64,000 nt of DNA. Origin: an uncultured bacterium. Its GTDB lineage: Bacteria > Verrucomicrobiota > Verrucomicrobiia > Limisphaerales > UBA8199. The DNA lies in contig CAVVMW010000012.1 in the NCBI GenBank assembly GCA_963749495.1, forward strand, positions 32,001 to 96,000, in the 5' to 3' direction. Below are positions 21,209 through 30,644 of the stretch, piece after piece. Every line of letters starts with the position of its first letter. Position 1 is the stretch's first letter. The notes under the pieces were generated by a model. It was not told the DNA's origin, made no database searches, and saw nothing but the letters and a program-made list of their open reading frames with translations. A program made the translations under genes and the position numbers.

Positions 21209-21838
21209 ATGAAGGGCAAAAAGGCAGATTGGAGCCTCGAAGATTATCTTGGGCGCAACGAGGGGCTGATCATCGCCGGTTGCGACGAAGTCGGGCGCGG
21301 GGCTTTCGCTTTCAGCCTGGTCGTGGCGAGCTGCGCTTACACTCCCGGCGTGGAAATGCCCTTTGAAATCCGCGACAGCAAAGCCCTGACCGCTATCGAA
21401 CGGGAGCGTCTGACAGAGGTGTTGACGCTTGAATTTGTCGATAAAGGAATGCTGCACGTCGCGTACGCGGAGGCTTCGGCGGCGGAAGTGGAATCGACCA
21501 ACCTGAACGAGCTCAACCTGCGACTGTTCAGAGACGCCCTTCAGAAACTCCCCCATTTCGACCGCGTGATCATCAATGGCAGCATCGCGGACAGGTCGTT
21601 TCCGTTTCCAGGGCTGTGCGCTCCGAAGGCTGACACGCGGAGCATCACCGTCGCCACCGCCTCCATCTTTGCCAAGGTGCGTCGGGACCGGCAAATGCAG
21701 GAACTGCACCAGCAGTATCCCCAGTACGGATTCAACGAACACGTGGGCTATGGCACCAAAACTCATGTCGAGGCCATTCGTAAATTCGGGCCAATCCCGG
21801 GAGTGCACCGCAGGAATTTCCTGCGAAATCTGGCGTGA
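21209..21838 (+). CDS. rnhB: Ribonuclease HII
   Basis: IAGCDEVGRG, IRDSKAL, KADTRSITVATASIFAKVRRD, YGFNEHVGYGT, HRRNF. Confidence 0.95.
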   Translation: MKGKKADWSLEDYLGRNEGLIIAGCDEVGRGAFAFSLVVASCAYTPGVEMPFEIRDSKALTAIERERLTEVLTLEFVDKGMLHVAYAEASAAEVESTNLNELNLRLFRDALQKLPHFDRVIINGSIADRSFPFPGLCAPKADTRSITVATASIFAKVRRDRQMQELHQQYPQYGFNEHVGYGTKTHVEAIRKFGPIPGVHRRNFLRNLA

Positions 21839-21859
21839 CGGCCTGCGATAGCCCGACGG

Positions 21860-22279
21860 TCACCAGGCAACCCAACTCCCGGAAGACCGGTCCCACCGCT
21901 GAGACGTGGAGAGGTTCCTGGCGCTGGCCGCATTTGTCTCCTCGTTTATCGCGTAGACCACCACCCCAGCCAGGTTCGTATTGGGCGCCAGCGCGGCGAG
22001 GCTTGGGACATCCTGAAGTCCGACCTTGAGATAGGGCTGAAGGCACTGAAAGCGGGTGTTGTCGTCGGCGGGAAACAGCGCCTGCGGATGATCCGCCCGC
22101 CAGGCAGCCTTCGCCGAGTCGATCCGCGCCAGGTCCAGCGTCACTTTCCCACGCAACTGCCGTTCCCGCGCCCCTCCCATTGCCCACAGGCCAAGGCCCA
22201 TAATGAGGAGCAGCAGCGCCATCACGGCCACCACTTCCACCAGGGAAAAACCGGGCTGAAAACGAGCACGTTCGGGCAT
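21860..22279 (-). CDS. Type IV minor pilin-like protein
   Basis: PG-FSLVEVVAVMALLLLIMGLG class III signal peptide. Confidence 0.8.
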   Translation of the reverse strand: MPERARFQPGFSLVEVVAVMALLLLIMGLGLWAMGGARERQLRGKVTLDLARIDSAKAAWRADHPQALFPADDNTRFQCLQPYLKVGLQDVPSLAALAPNTNLAGVVVYAINEETNAASARNLSTSQRWDRSSGSWVAW

Positions 22280-22280
22280 G

Positions 22281-22618
22281 TCAGGGGCAGTGGGAAGCGG
22301 CGGTGCCAATCCCGTTGATGAGGTAGGTGACTCCCGGCGCCTGGAAATCGGCCATCGAAGCGAAGGGCCGGCCGCTTCAAGATACTTGTGGATCGCGTCG
22401 AACCGTGTGGATTCATCCGAGGGAAACGCGGCGCCGTTGTTGTCCAACACCCAAAGCCCCTTGGCGGAGTTGATGGCCTCCATGTCGGCTGACACCCGCG
22501 TTTGCAGCGCCCGATCTCGGGAATTTCCGGTCGTCACCAGGACGATGCCGACAAGGATGCTGATGATTACCAGGGCGCCCACCAATTCGACCAATGTGAA
22601 TCCTCTGTTCCGGTTCAT
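22281..22618 (-). CDS. Type IV minor pilin-like protein (frameshift near 22370)
   Basis: MNRNRG-FTLVELVGALVIISILVGI; the alternative frame RPFASMADFQAPGVTYLINGIGTAASHCP* ends at 22281 and parallels the neighbouring pilin's C-terminus. Confidence 0.8.
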
Positions 22619-23121
22619 GATCTTGACAGGCGCAAATAGACCCCGCGAACGGCACGGCCGGAATCGCGCACGACCACCAGGTCCGCGTTGAAAGCGGCCA
22701 ACAATTCCATGGGGATTTCCCCTTTGATCACGCCGAAACCCTGAGCGGAAAGCAAGCTGTTGAGCTGGGCTAGAACGCCCACGGCCAACGCCGGGTTTGG
22801 CTGCTGCGGGCTCGAGAGACGGTAAACAGCGGTCTGCAGGCATGTGTAATTCGGGTCCGAGCCCATCTGCGAAACCAGTGAGCCGCCGCCCGCGGCGCTT
22901 TGCAGCGGACCCAAGCCAACGCCGTTGGCGGTCAATTCTTCAACGCCCTTGGCAAATCCCTTCTCCAGAGCGCGGGCCGAGGCGGCCAATGCGGACGAGC
23001 GCAAATCACCCAGGCTAACGGCGATGATGCCCACCAGGATCAAAATGACCGCAACCACGGAGACGACCTCGATTAACGTAAAGCCCGGAAGAGGCCGTCT
23101 TGGATCACTCGCAGTTCCCAT
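22615..23121 (-). CDS. Type IV minor pilin-like protein
   Basis: PG-FTLIEVVSVVAVILILVGI class III signal peptide. Confidence 0.8.
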   Translation of the reverse strand: MGTASDPRRPLPGFTLIEVVSVVAVILILVGIIAVSLGDLRSSALAASARALEKGFAKGVEELTANGVGLGPLQSAAGGGSLVSQMGSDPNYTCLQTAVYRLSSPQQPNPALAVGVLAQLNSLLSAQGFGVIKGEIPMELLAAFNADLVVVRDSGRAVRGVYLRLSRS

Positions 23122-23126
23122 ACATT

Positions 23127-23223
23127 CCATTTTAGGATCCGCACACTTTGCCGGCAACCGACCTGCGAGGTGCGTTAAATCTCGCGGCCGGTGTCACAGG
23201 GGGGGCTTGCGAACCTAGAATGG
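23127..23223. promoter_or_regulatory. Divergent pair of motif boxes: CCTAAAATGG (minus, 23127-23136) and CCTAGAATGG (plus, 23214-23223)
   Basis: They lie 5 nt and 4 nt before the ATGs at 23121 and 23228. Confidence 0.65.
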
Positions 23224-23227
23224 AGCA

Positions 23228-24019
23228 ATGAGAGCGCTGCGTCTGTGCCTGGCGGCAATGATGTTCGCCCCAGCTTGCTGGGGGGCGGCGCCCGGCTGGA
23301 TCAGCGTTGACAACGAGACCTACGACACGGTTTACCTTAGTCGCATCGGGGATCCCAACACCTCGGTCCTGGTCCCCAAACGCATGATCGGGCAGTTTCA
23401 GGTTCCTTTGGTCGGACAGGGTGTCACCTCTTTGGAAACGCTGGAAGTCACGTTCCCCGGCGGGGTCGTGCTGCCTGAAACTGAGTTCCGAGGCTTCGAC
23501 GGTCAGTACGGACAACCCGTCAGCCTGGTGATCGTTTCTCCCCAGAACGTCACGATCAAGTACGATCAACAGAGTGCAGCCGGTGGTCCTGTCACGAATA
23601 GCCTCGAGTCGACAGAGACAAGCCCCGGTTCGGGCGGCATTTACGGGGGAGGCTTGGGGATCGGTTACGGCTCTCCCAGTTATCTCAACCGAAACCCTTT
23701 TCCAGGAGCGAATCCCGTTGGCTCACGGGATGGCAGCAGCCCCGTCAAACCGCCTGAGCCGGTGAAAAAACGGCTGCTCTTGCCGCGGGAGGCCGGGGCC
23801 GCGGTGAAAGTCGTTCCCGCAGACTCTCGCTACAAGCTGATCGAGGCGCCAGCCCCACTCAGGAGTCAATCCCCGGAGACGGCAAAAGCAGCCACGGCGG
23901 CCGCAAGCGAAGCCGCACCGGAGGAGAAAGCGGGAGGTTGGGGGCCGTTGGTTACCTGGGTAGTGGCGTGCCTGGCCATCGTCGGCTTTATGGCCTGGAA
24001 ACGGTTGAGTTCCAAATGA
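23228..24019 (+). CDS. Exported protein with C-terminal membrane anchor
   Basis: Signal peptide, beta-rich domain, Pro/Gly linker, C-terminal TM helix followed by WKRLSSK. Confidence 0.75.
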   Translation: MRALRLCLAAMMFAPACWGAAPGWISVDNETYDTVYLSRIGDPNTSVLVPKRMIGQFQVPLVGQGVTSLETLEVTFPGGVVLPETEFRGFDGQYGQPVSLVIVSPQNVTIKYDQQSAAGGPVTNSLESTETSPGSGGIYGGGLGIGYGSPSYLNRNPFPGANPVGSRDGSSPVKPPEPVKKRLLLPREAGAAVKVVPADSRYKLIEAPAPLRSQSPETAKAATAAASEAAPEEKAGGWGPLVTWVVACLAIVGFMAWKRLSSK

Positions 24020-24035
24020 CCGGACGGAGGCAACC

Positions 24036-24803
24036 ATGAACACCGGCGAAGCGATTCTGCGGCTGGCAAGCATTGTCCCCGAACACAATTTGAGGGAAGT
24101 GCAGGCGCTTTCCCAGTTCCGCACCTGGGGCGTGGACTCACGGCCGGGCCAACTTCCGACCATCTTGTACATCGGGGAAGGGAGCCGGGACTTCGGACCC
24201 CCCTGCTGGCCGTTCATGGCCGCGCACGAGGCGATGCACTCCATCGCCACGCTTTATCTGCGCACAGACGATTACCGCTTCGTGCTCTACAACATCTGCG
24301 AGGATTGGCGCGTCAACCAATGCCTGCTGGGCATGTTCCGGGAGAAACTGGCCAAGAGTTTCAAGGAGACGCGCCAGACAATCCTGCGGCGGTGGGAAAA
24401 GGAGCCCTTGAAATTGAAGTCGCCGGTCAGCCAGGTGCTGCAACACCTTTGCTATCTGAACCACCTTTCGGAAAAGAAACCGGCTTTGGCGGTCTCAACT
24501 CACTACCTCAACGAAATCCTCCGCATCCGCGAACTGTTTGGCTCGGCGGAGAACTGGCCGTTGGTGCCGCCTAACCCCAACCGGGAAGAGCGTTCCAGGG
24601 AAAACGCCTGGATCAGCGGATGGCTGATCAAACTGATCCTGCACCACCGCGTGCCTCCCGCCGTCAACCCCTCAGAGCTTCGCGCGCTCATGGCCCGCGC
24701 AGGCTACGACCTGAGTTTTCATCGCAGGTTGGGTTCCCCACAGGGGCTGGAGGATGGCTCAGAAAACGCACCTTGCAACCAGGCGACCCAAATTGACGCA
24801 TGA
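24036..24803 (+). CDS. Putative zincin metallopeptidase (HExxH)
   Basis: AAHEAMH followed by YNICEDWRVN, as in the peptidase-like domains that accompany VWA/MoxR systems. Confidence 0.6.
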   Translation: MNTGEAILRLASIVPEHNLREVQALSQFRTWGVDSRPGQLPTILYIGEGSRDFGPPCWPFMAAHEAMHSIATLYLRTDDYRFVLYNICEDWRVNQCLLGMFREKLAKSFKETRQTILRRWEKEPLKLKSPVSQVLQHLCYLNHLSEKKPALAVSTHYLNEILRIRELFGSAENWPLVPPNPNREERSRENAWISGWLIKLILHHRVPPAVNPSELRALMARAGYDLSFHRRLGSPQGLEDGSENAPCNQATQIDA

Positions 24804-25582
24804 AGAAGCGACTTAAGATGCTCCCGTTAGCGCTGGCGGGCCTGGCGATGGCCGTGTTTCTCTTCGTGTGGCTCGTGCCCGCGCCCCAGCCCGTGAACCG
24901 GCGCCAGCCCAAAGCTGCATACGCCCGCGCGGCCCAGCGTCTTTACCGGCACGAAATCTTGAGCCTTTACCAACCGCCGGAGGAATCCTTCACCTCGCAC
25001 GGATTACGGCTCGTACGCCGCATCCAGGAACTCTATTCGCCGTTCTTTCTGCCTTACCTGGTTACGGGATCAGTTCCGGTACAGCCGGACGTGCTCTACA
25101 ATCCATGGTTTGACCTGTTCCTGCTCATCGAGGATTCCGATGGAGACATCAACAGCGTAGTGCTGGCCTCCTCTCTGGCGGCCGGCCAAACGCCCCAACT
25201 GCAGGTGCGCGAGAAGTTCTGGCAGGAACTCTACCGGCGCTACCCGGTTGCACAGATGGCCACCTTTTCGAAGCCGATTCCATTCGAAAACACCGGCCGG
25301 GTGATGCTGGAGATGCGCAACCTGACCAACTGCTTTGGCTGGCCCGCCCGGGTGCGGATGGGGGCCGGGCAGGTAAAATTCGATCTCTACATCCAGAGGC
25401 CAGCCCAGGCGATTTATTGCACTCCCACCGAGCCGGGCACGTATGTGGTGTTCAGCTACCATGACGAGCGGTTGCACACCAATGTCATGGCGCTGCCGCC
25501 TTACCACGTGAAGGAGGTTGAAAGGCGTGTGGCGGAAACAATCAAAAATGGGCCGGGGCAAGCCGCGGCGAACCTGCACTGA
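24800..25582 (+). CDS. Membrane-anchored hypothetical protein
   Basis: N-terminal TM helix; ATGA overlap with the previous gene. Confidence 0.7.
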   Translation: MKKRLKMLPLALAGLAMAVFLFVWLVPAPQPVNRRQPKAAYARAAQRLYRHEILSLYQPPEESFTSHGLRLVRRIQELYSPFFLPYLVTGSVPVQPDVLYNPWFDLFLLIEDSDGDINSVVLASSLAAGQTPQLQVREKFWQELYRRYPVAQMATFSKPIPFENTGRVMLEMRNLTNCFGWPARVRMGAGQVKFDLYIQRPAQAIYCTPTEPGTYVVFSYHDERLHTNVMALPPYHVKEVERRVAETIKNGPGQAAANLH

Positions 25583-25587
25583 TAGGT

Positions 25588-26592
25588 ATGAGCGACGACA
25601 TCCAACACCGCGTCCGCGAGGAGTTGCAGCAACTGCTCGATGAAAATCCCCGCCTCGCGCCTACGCAATTCATTGACGGGGACAAGCTGACGACCGTGGC
25701 TGTCTGCGATGGAGTGCCTCAGATCACCAAGAGCGAACTCCCCGCATTCACACGCTTTGATTGCCCGCACCTCACGCAGCTGCACGGGACGCCGGTGTGC
25801 CGCATCTACAACCTCATGCAGTCTTTGCAGTGCCTCAACGAGGAGCACCAGCAGGAAGGCGCCGCCCAAATTCTGTCTCAGACCGCTGTCGAGGAGGTGG
25901 ACGGGGTAAAAATGGAGGCGCCGCAACTGCCGTCTTCGCCGGAGGTGATCAGCTCGACCCTGGGCGGCGAAACGGACCTGCGGCCCAAGTCCAGCGCACA
26001 TGGCCTGTTCCAAAATCTGCAGGCCCTGCAACAACGATTCCGCGAAATGCTGGCGCAGCATCCCGAACTTGAACCGCTCGTTTTGCGGACGCCCAAGGGC
26101 TCGGTTGAGCTCCGAGTGACCGGCAAGAGGTTCAGCCTCGGCGCGACACCGCTTCAGGGGCGCCCTTACGCTGAAGTGCACCAAACACCACAGGTCCGGC
26201 TCTATCTGCTCCACAAAACCATTCAGGGGCTGGAAGCGGCGCTTTGCGGGAGAGCCGGGGAAATCGAGGTCACGCGACCGGGACGGCGCCACCGGGCCGC
26301 GGAGAAACTTGTGCAGCATCTCGGGCAGGTCAAGTGCGGCAACCTGGTGGTGCCGGTTCGCCGTTCCCGCAAAAACCTCTTCGTCGGCGGACCGGCACGG
26401 GAAATCATCTATCCGCCCGTGAAGGTCCGGCTGACGCAGCAGGGCGATTTGGTTGAAGAAGAGGCCCAGCAAGAGCCGCTCGGGCATACCCGCGTGGAAT
26501 ACGGGGCGCTATTGCCTGACGTGAAAGCGCTTTTGAGCGCGTTCTTCGCATACCTGAGCTCGAAAGTTTCAGATGAAAGCCGCCGGCATTGA
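25588..26592 (+). CDS. Hypothetical protein
   Basis: 334-aa ORF within a tightly packed operon. Confidence 0.7.
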   Translation: MSDDIQHRVREELQQLLDENPRLAPTQFIDGDKLTTVAVCDGVPQITKSELPAFTRFDCPHLTQLHGTPVCRIYNLMQSLQCLNEEHQQEGAAQILSQTAVEEVDGVKMEAPQLPSSPEVISSTLGGETDLRPKSSAHGLFQNLQALQQRFREMLAQHPELEPLVLRTPKGSVELRVTGKRFSLGATPLQGRPYAEVHQTPQVRLYLLHKTIQGLEAALCGRAGEIEVTRPGRRHRAAEKLVQHLGQVKCGNLVVPVRRSRKNLFVGGPAREIIYPPVKVRLTQQGDLVEEEAQQEPLGHTRVEYGALLPDVKALLSAFFAYLSSKVSDESRRH

Positions 26593-26896
26593 GATCCTCT
26601 ACGCGGGAACGCCCATGGAAGTGTTCCAGCAGATCCGCGTGGGGCGGCTGCGCCTCTACAACGCAGCCGCCCGCAACCTGCTCGCCCTGGTCCAGGAAAC
26701 GTGGAAGAAGGGCGCGCTCGGGAAGACGTTCCTTGTCCGCCCCATCCCCAGCCAGGTGCTCGGCGAGGAAGTCCTCGACCAGGCGGGGCGCGCCGTCGCC
26801 GTGTTCGGCCTGGCGGTTACCAATGCATTTCTGCCTGACCCCAAGCCCCAACAGGACTACCGGGACACACTGCGGACCTTGATCAACCAACTATGA
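26573..26896 (+). CDS. Hypothetical protein
   Basis: Overlaps both neighbours; backbone codon usage. Confidence 0.6.
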   Translation: MKAAGIEILYAGTPMEVFQQIRVGRLRLYNAAARNLLALVQETWKKGALGKTFLVRPIPSQVLGEEVLDQAGRAVAVFGLAVTNAFLPDPKPQQDYRDTLRTLINQL

Positions 26897-27129
26897 AAAC
26901 TCTGATTTGCTCAACCATGCTGCTTCTGGCCCCGCTCAGCCAGGCCGGGACGGTCAAGCTGTGGGACGGCAAGAATCGCGGCATGGATCTCGTGGCGGTG
27001 GGGCACAAGCGCGTCACAGTGTTCCTGGCCGACGGGCGCACCACCGTCCTGGGCATCCCGATCCTGGTGGAGAGACCCAAAGCCGCGGTTTCCGTGGCCC
27101 GCAAGAAACCCCCAACGCCCAAGCCGTAG
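26893..27129 (+). CDS. Small exported protein
   Basis: Signal peptide MKTLICSTMLLLAPLSQA; ATGA overlap. Confidence 0.6.
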   Translation: MKTLICSTMLLLAPLSQAGTVKLWDGKNRGMDLVAVGHKRVTVFLADGRTTVLGIPILVERPKAAVSVARKKPPTPKP

Positions 27130-27132
27130 CCG

Positions 27133-28293
27133 ATGCTCTGTATGTCACCCACGAACCTTCAGGTGGACCACGCCACCGACCAGGCCCGGGACATCCTCAA
27201 CCTGGTGATCACCTCGGACGTGAACGATTATTACCTGGCGCTGGGGCGCAAACCGTTCATTCGCCGGCAGGGATTCTTCAACGAAGTGGGCGGCGCGCCC
27301 GTGATCGACCAGGACAAGATGGACGCCGTCCTGCGGTTCCTGCTCCATGATCGGCGGCAGGAAGCCGACGCCGCGCTGGCCGCGCGCGAGTCCTATCATT
27401 TTTCCGGAACGCTCTCTTCGGCGCTCGACGGGATCAAACGCGAGTGCCGTTACCGGGCCATCCTGGTCAACACGCTCACCGGGCCCGAACTGACCGTGCG
27501 CGTGCTGGATCGGAACCTGCTGGACCTCGACAAGCTGGGCCTCCAGCAGAAGCACTACGACAAACTGGTGGCGACCTTGCAGCGTACCAAGGGTTTGATC
27601 CTGGTCACGGGGCCGACCGGGGCCGGCAAGTCCACCACGCTGGCGGCCATCATCCAGCACCTGATCAACGCCAACCCTTACCACGTCGTGACACTGGAGG
27701 ACCCGGTCGAGTTCATCCTGGCGCCGCGCCTGCACCGGGGGCAGCCGGCTTATTCCATGGTGACCCAGCGCAGCGTGGGGGTTGATTGCGCCAGTTATCC
27801 CAAAGGAGTGCTGGACGCCCTGCGCATGAAGCCGGAGGTCATCGCCATTGGCGAAATCCGCGACGCCGATACGACGCGCACGGTCATCGGCGCGGCGGAA
27901 ACCGGGCACCTCATCATCGGCACCATGCACGCCTCCAGCGCATATCAGGCCATTGACCGCATTCTGACCCAGGCCGGACCGGATTCGCGTTTGGTGGCGC
28001 AGATGCTGGCGAACAACCTATTGTGCGTGCTCGCCCAGAACCTGATTCCAGCCAGGGACAGCAGCGAGCAGGAACCCAGGCGCGTCCTTTGCTATGAAGC
28101 GCTGTTCCGCTGCAAGGAGCTGGCTCAGATGCTCCTGTCCAGCCACCTCAATGGCCAGGGCATTACCCCCGGCCGAATCCGGGAGCTGATCCAAACCGGC
28201 GGCGGCATCGAGTGGAACGGGTGCCTGGATGACCTCGTGCAGCGAGGGCAGATCCTCGCGGAAGACGCTGCCGCGCTGAAGTCGCTGGAGTAG
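27133..28293 (+). CDS. pilT: PilT/PilU-family retraction ATPase (copy 1)
   Basis: GPTGAGKSTT, TLEDPVE, LRMKPEVIAIGEIRD, AAETGHLIIGTMH; short N-domain. Confidence 0.88.
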   Translation: MLCMSPTNLQVDHATDQARDILNLVITSDVNDYYLALGRKPFIRRQGFFNEVGGAPVIDQDKMDAVLRFLLHDRRQEADAALAARESYHFSGTLSSALDGIKRECRYRAILVNTLTGPELTVRVLDRNLLDLDKLGLQQKHYDKLVATLQRTKGLILVTGPTGAGKSTTLAAIIQHLINANPYHVVTLEDPVEFILAPRLHRGQPAYSMVTQRSVGVDCASYPKGVLDALRMKPEVIAIGEIRDADTTRTVIGAAETGHLIIGTMHASSAYQAIDRILTQAGPDSRLVAQMLANNLLCVLAQNLIPARDSSEQEPRRVLCYEALFRCKELAQMLLSSHLNGQGITPGRIRELIQTGGGIEWNGCLDDLVQRGQILAEDAAALKSLE

Positions 28294-28302
28294 CGCCGAG
28301 GC

Positions 28303-29235
28303 ATGAGAAACGGCACTTCAAGCGTCGTCGCCTACCAGTGGCCGCTCATCAAGGCTAAGCTGGCCAAGGGAACCGCTTATGGCACCGGGAGCCCGTTCAA
28401 TTACCGCTACCAACTGCGCGTCAAGAGCACCCCCGCGGCGCTTTATTTCACATTCTGGGATTTTGCCAAATGCATCCAGTCCGGCCAATTTCTGGGCGCC
28501 GAAGGACCCGCATGGGACCAGTTCGGGCTTGAACTGGAGAGCAGGGGTATCAGCTCCATCCCCTGCGTCGGTGTGGGCGTATCCGTCTGGAACAGCCATC
28601 CAATGCTGGTTCGAACGGAGCGCAATTCCGCTCTGACCCTGGACGCACTCAATCGCGCTCTCCGCGCTCAACCGCAAACGGTGCGTCGCAACCTGCACGC
28701 CAGCGGGATTTACGGTTACGCGGCGATGGCGTGCAACCGCTCGAAATGGTTCATCTTCGGGCTGCCAATCGGTCACACCGTTCGGGAGAGGCTTGCCAGG
28801 CTTCCCCCAAATTGGGCCTGCGCCGCATGGTTCGGTCCCGTTGCCGTGCCGTTCTTCCGGGACGTCCCCGGGGAGCACTTCTACCACACGGTGCTCCTGC
28901 GCGACGCCGCCATCAGTGTGATGACCGAAAATGGGGTCTTGCGCTTTTTCCAGCAGGACCGCGCCCTGGTGGAAGGCCAGCCGGTTTCGCAAAGCTCCCT
29001 GTCCAAGTTCAAAAGCGTTTACAGTTACTTCCCCAGGGGCCGGATCGCCCACCATCTGCACCCGGTAAATGTGGGCCTCACCTGGGTGAACAACCTGTGC
29101 AAGTGCATCCAGTCAACCGGCTACGCTGCGGAGGTGCGCATCGTGCCGGCAGCAAAGCTCCAATCCCCAAGGATAGCTGGCGATGCAAATCTGCAGGACA
29201 TGTTCCCCGGAGGCACCCCTTGGAACGGCTTATGA
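28303..29235 (+). CDS. Hypothetical cytoplasmic protein in PilM/GspL position
   Basis: Soluble 310-aa ORF between pilT and two bitopic PilN/O-like genes; role inferred from position only. Confidence 0.45.
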   Translation: MRNGTSSVVAYQWPLIKAKLAKGTAYGTGSPFNYRYQLRVKSTPAALYFTFWDFAKCIQSGQFLGAEGPAWDQFGLELESRGISSIPCVGVGVSVWNSHPMLVRTERNSALTLDALNRALRAQPQTVRRNLHASGIYGYAAMACNRSKWFIFGLPIGHTVRERLARLPPNWACAAWFGPVAVPFFRDVPGEHFYHTVLLRDAAISVMTENGVLRFFQQDRALVEGQPVSQSSLSKFKSVYSYFPRGRIAHHLHPVNVGLTWVNNLCKCIQSTGYAAEVRIVPAAKLQSPRIAGDANLQDMFPGGTPWNGL

Positions 29236-29786
29236 CCGGAACGCTCCAACGGTATCAAAGGTTGCGGCTGCAGATGCCTCTGCTCGAGCTGACCGATGCG
29301 ACCACCAGCGACGTGGTGGAGCCGTTCCCGGCCAAGGCGGCGCAATGGCAGAGGGCTAGCCGGGCCGCTTTCGTGGCTGGGCTTTTGGCACTGGCCGGCG
29401 CATTGGCTGTGGCGGGTTGGAGCGTTCGTCAGCTCGCCACCGCCGGTCTGCAGTTGAAAGGGCCTCACCCCATCAAGACCCAGGCCGCGCTGCAACGGGC
29501 CGCCCGCACCCAGGAAGCCCTGCAACAACGCGGCGTTCCCGAAGCACTAAAGAAAGGGCGCTTTCTCACCGCGGCGGAGCCGGCGCTGACGAGGAGTCCC
29601 AAGTGGCAGCTGCACGTTGGACCGGGCCAAACGGTGACGCTGCGGTTCGCCCTGGCGCCGGAACAGGACTGTTCAGATGTCCTGACCTCTTTGGACAAGG
29701 GCTTATCGGAAATGGGCTGGCAACGGCAAACACACGAGGATCTTGGCAGTCACGAACACAACATCGCCTACGCCCCTCAACCATGA
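29232..29786 (+). CDS. Bitopic membrane protein, PilN-like
   Basis: Short cytoplasmic N-terminus, one TM helix, helical linker, small alpha/beta domain; ATGA overlaps. Confidence 0.5.
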   Translation: MTGTLQRYQRLRLQMPLLELTDATTSDVVEPFPAKAAQWQRASRAAFVAGLLALAGALAVAGWSVRQLATAGLQLKGPHPIKTQAALQRAARTQEALQQRGVPEALKKGRFLTAAEPALTRSPKWQLHVGPGQTVTLRFALAPEQDCSDVLTSLDKGLSEMGWQRQTHEDLGSHEHNIAYAPQP

Positions 29787-30166
29787 GCAAACTCGAACAG
29801 TTCATCCTGTTTCATCTGTTCAAGGCGCCGGCCCTGCTGTTAACGGCCGCCGTGGCCAGCGGCTTGGGCGCCGGCGCGCTGCTGCACGAGGCACGGCGCA
29901 TCGAGAGCTTGGTGCGGTCCCGCGCAAAACTGGATATGGAGCTGGTCCAGTACAACAGCCATTTTCTCTCCACCAATTCCTCGGTGGAATCCGTGTTGAG
30001 CGGCTTTCAGATTCCCTGCCGAGTCTTGACCCATCATCCGGTCCAACTGGAGCTGGACTATGGAGCGGGCAAGAAGTTGGAGAAAGTGGGGCTCTTGGTC
30101 AGCGCGGCGGAGTTCGAGAACGGCCGTTTGACGGTGACCTTGAAAGATTATCCCAAAGCCGAATGA
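29783..30166 (+). CDS. Bitopic membrane protein, PilO/GspM-like
   Basis: One TM helix, short coiled coil, C-terminal beta strand (GRLTVTL). Confidence 0.45.
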   Translation: MSKLEQFILFHLFKAPALLLTAAVASGLGAGALLHEARRIESLVRSRAKLDMELVQYNSHFLSTNSSVESVLSGFQIPCRVLTHHPVQLELDYGAGKKLEKVGLLVSAAEFENGRLTVTLKDYPKAE

Positions 30167-30640
30167 ACACGCCCTCCCGCAAACAGTTCATGGAACTCAC
30201 CACCCAGTTCAGGCTGGCGACCGAAGCCACCAAAGAGGCTCTGGCGTCGGAGTACGACCAGGTGACGCAACAGGACGCTGAAGCCAAACGCCCCATCACG
30301 CCCATGCTGGAGTTCTGCATGCAGCGGGCGGGAACGTCTGAGCGCGCTGAGGCCATTTTCAATCACGTCCTCAAAAGCAGCCGCATCTCCTACTGGCCCA
30401 ACCCGGAGGTGGCGCCACATCTGCGGAATAACCAGGAAATCAAGGCAGTCTGCCTCGAGGCATTTTCTCGTTCCGCTCAAAGCCACCGAGCAGTTGCTCG
30501 TCCTCTGCGGCTGCAATCCGCATGACGCGGAAGGACCCGGTGCCGTCTGGCAGAAGCTCGCTGGCAGCAAGGCGCCCTTCCCCGTCGTCGTGCTCAGCGA
30601 ACCGGAACGAATCCGAAAAGCCTTGATGCAATTCGATTAG
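30163..30640 (+). CDS. Stand-alone GspE/PilB N-terminal-like domain (frameshift near 30460)
   Basis: Second frame reads HFLVPLKATEQLLVLCGCNPHD...VVLSEPERIRKAL*, matching the T2SSE_N pattern VPL...L.v...dP.D. Confidence 0.55.
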
Positions 30641-30644
30641 CCCC

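Noticed and set aside
13722..21838. Prophage interpretation of the polymerase/helicase/RNase H block
   Set aside because: No capsid, terminase, portal, tail or lysis genes in the window, and the block is embedded among conjugation and pilus genes; not excluded beyond the window.
21860..22843. Apparent 327-aa double-pilin fusion in the ORF track
   Set aside because: Explained by a frameshift near 22370; the other frame gives a proper stop at 22281 just before the next ATG.
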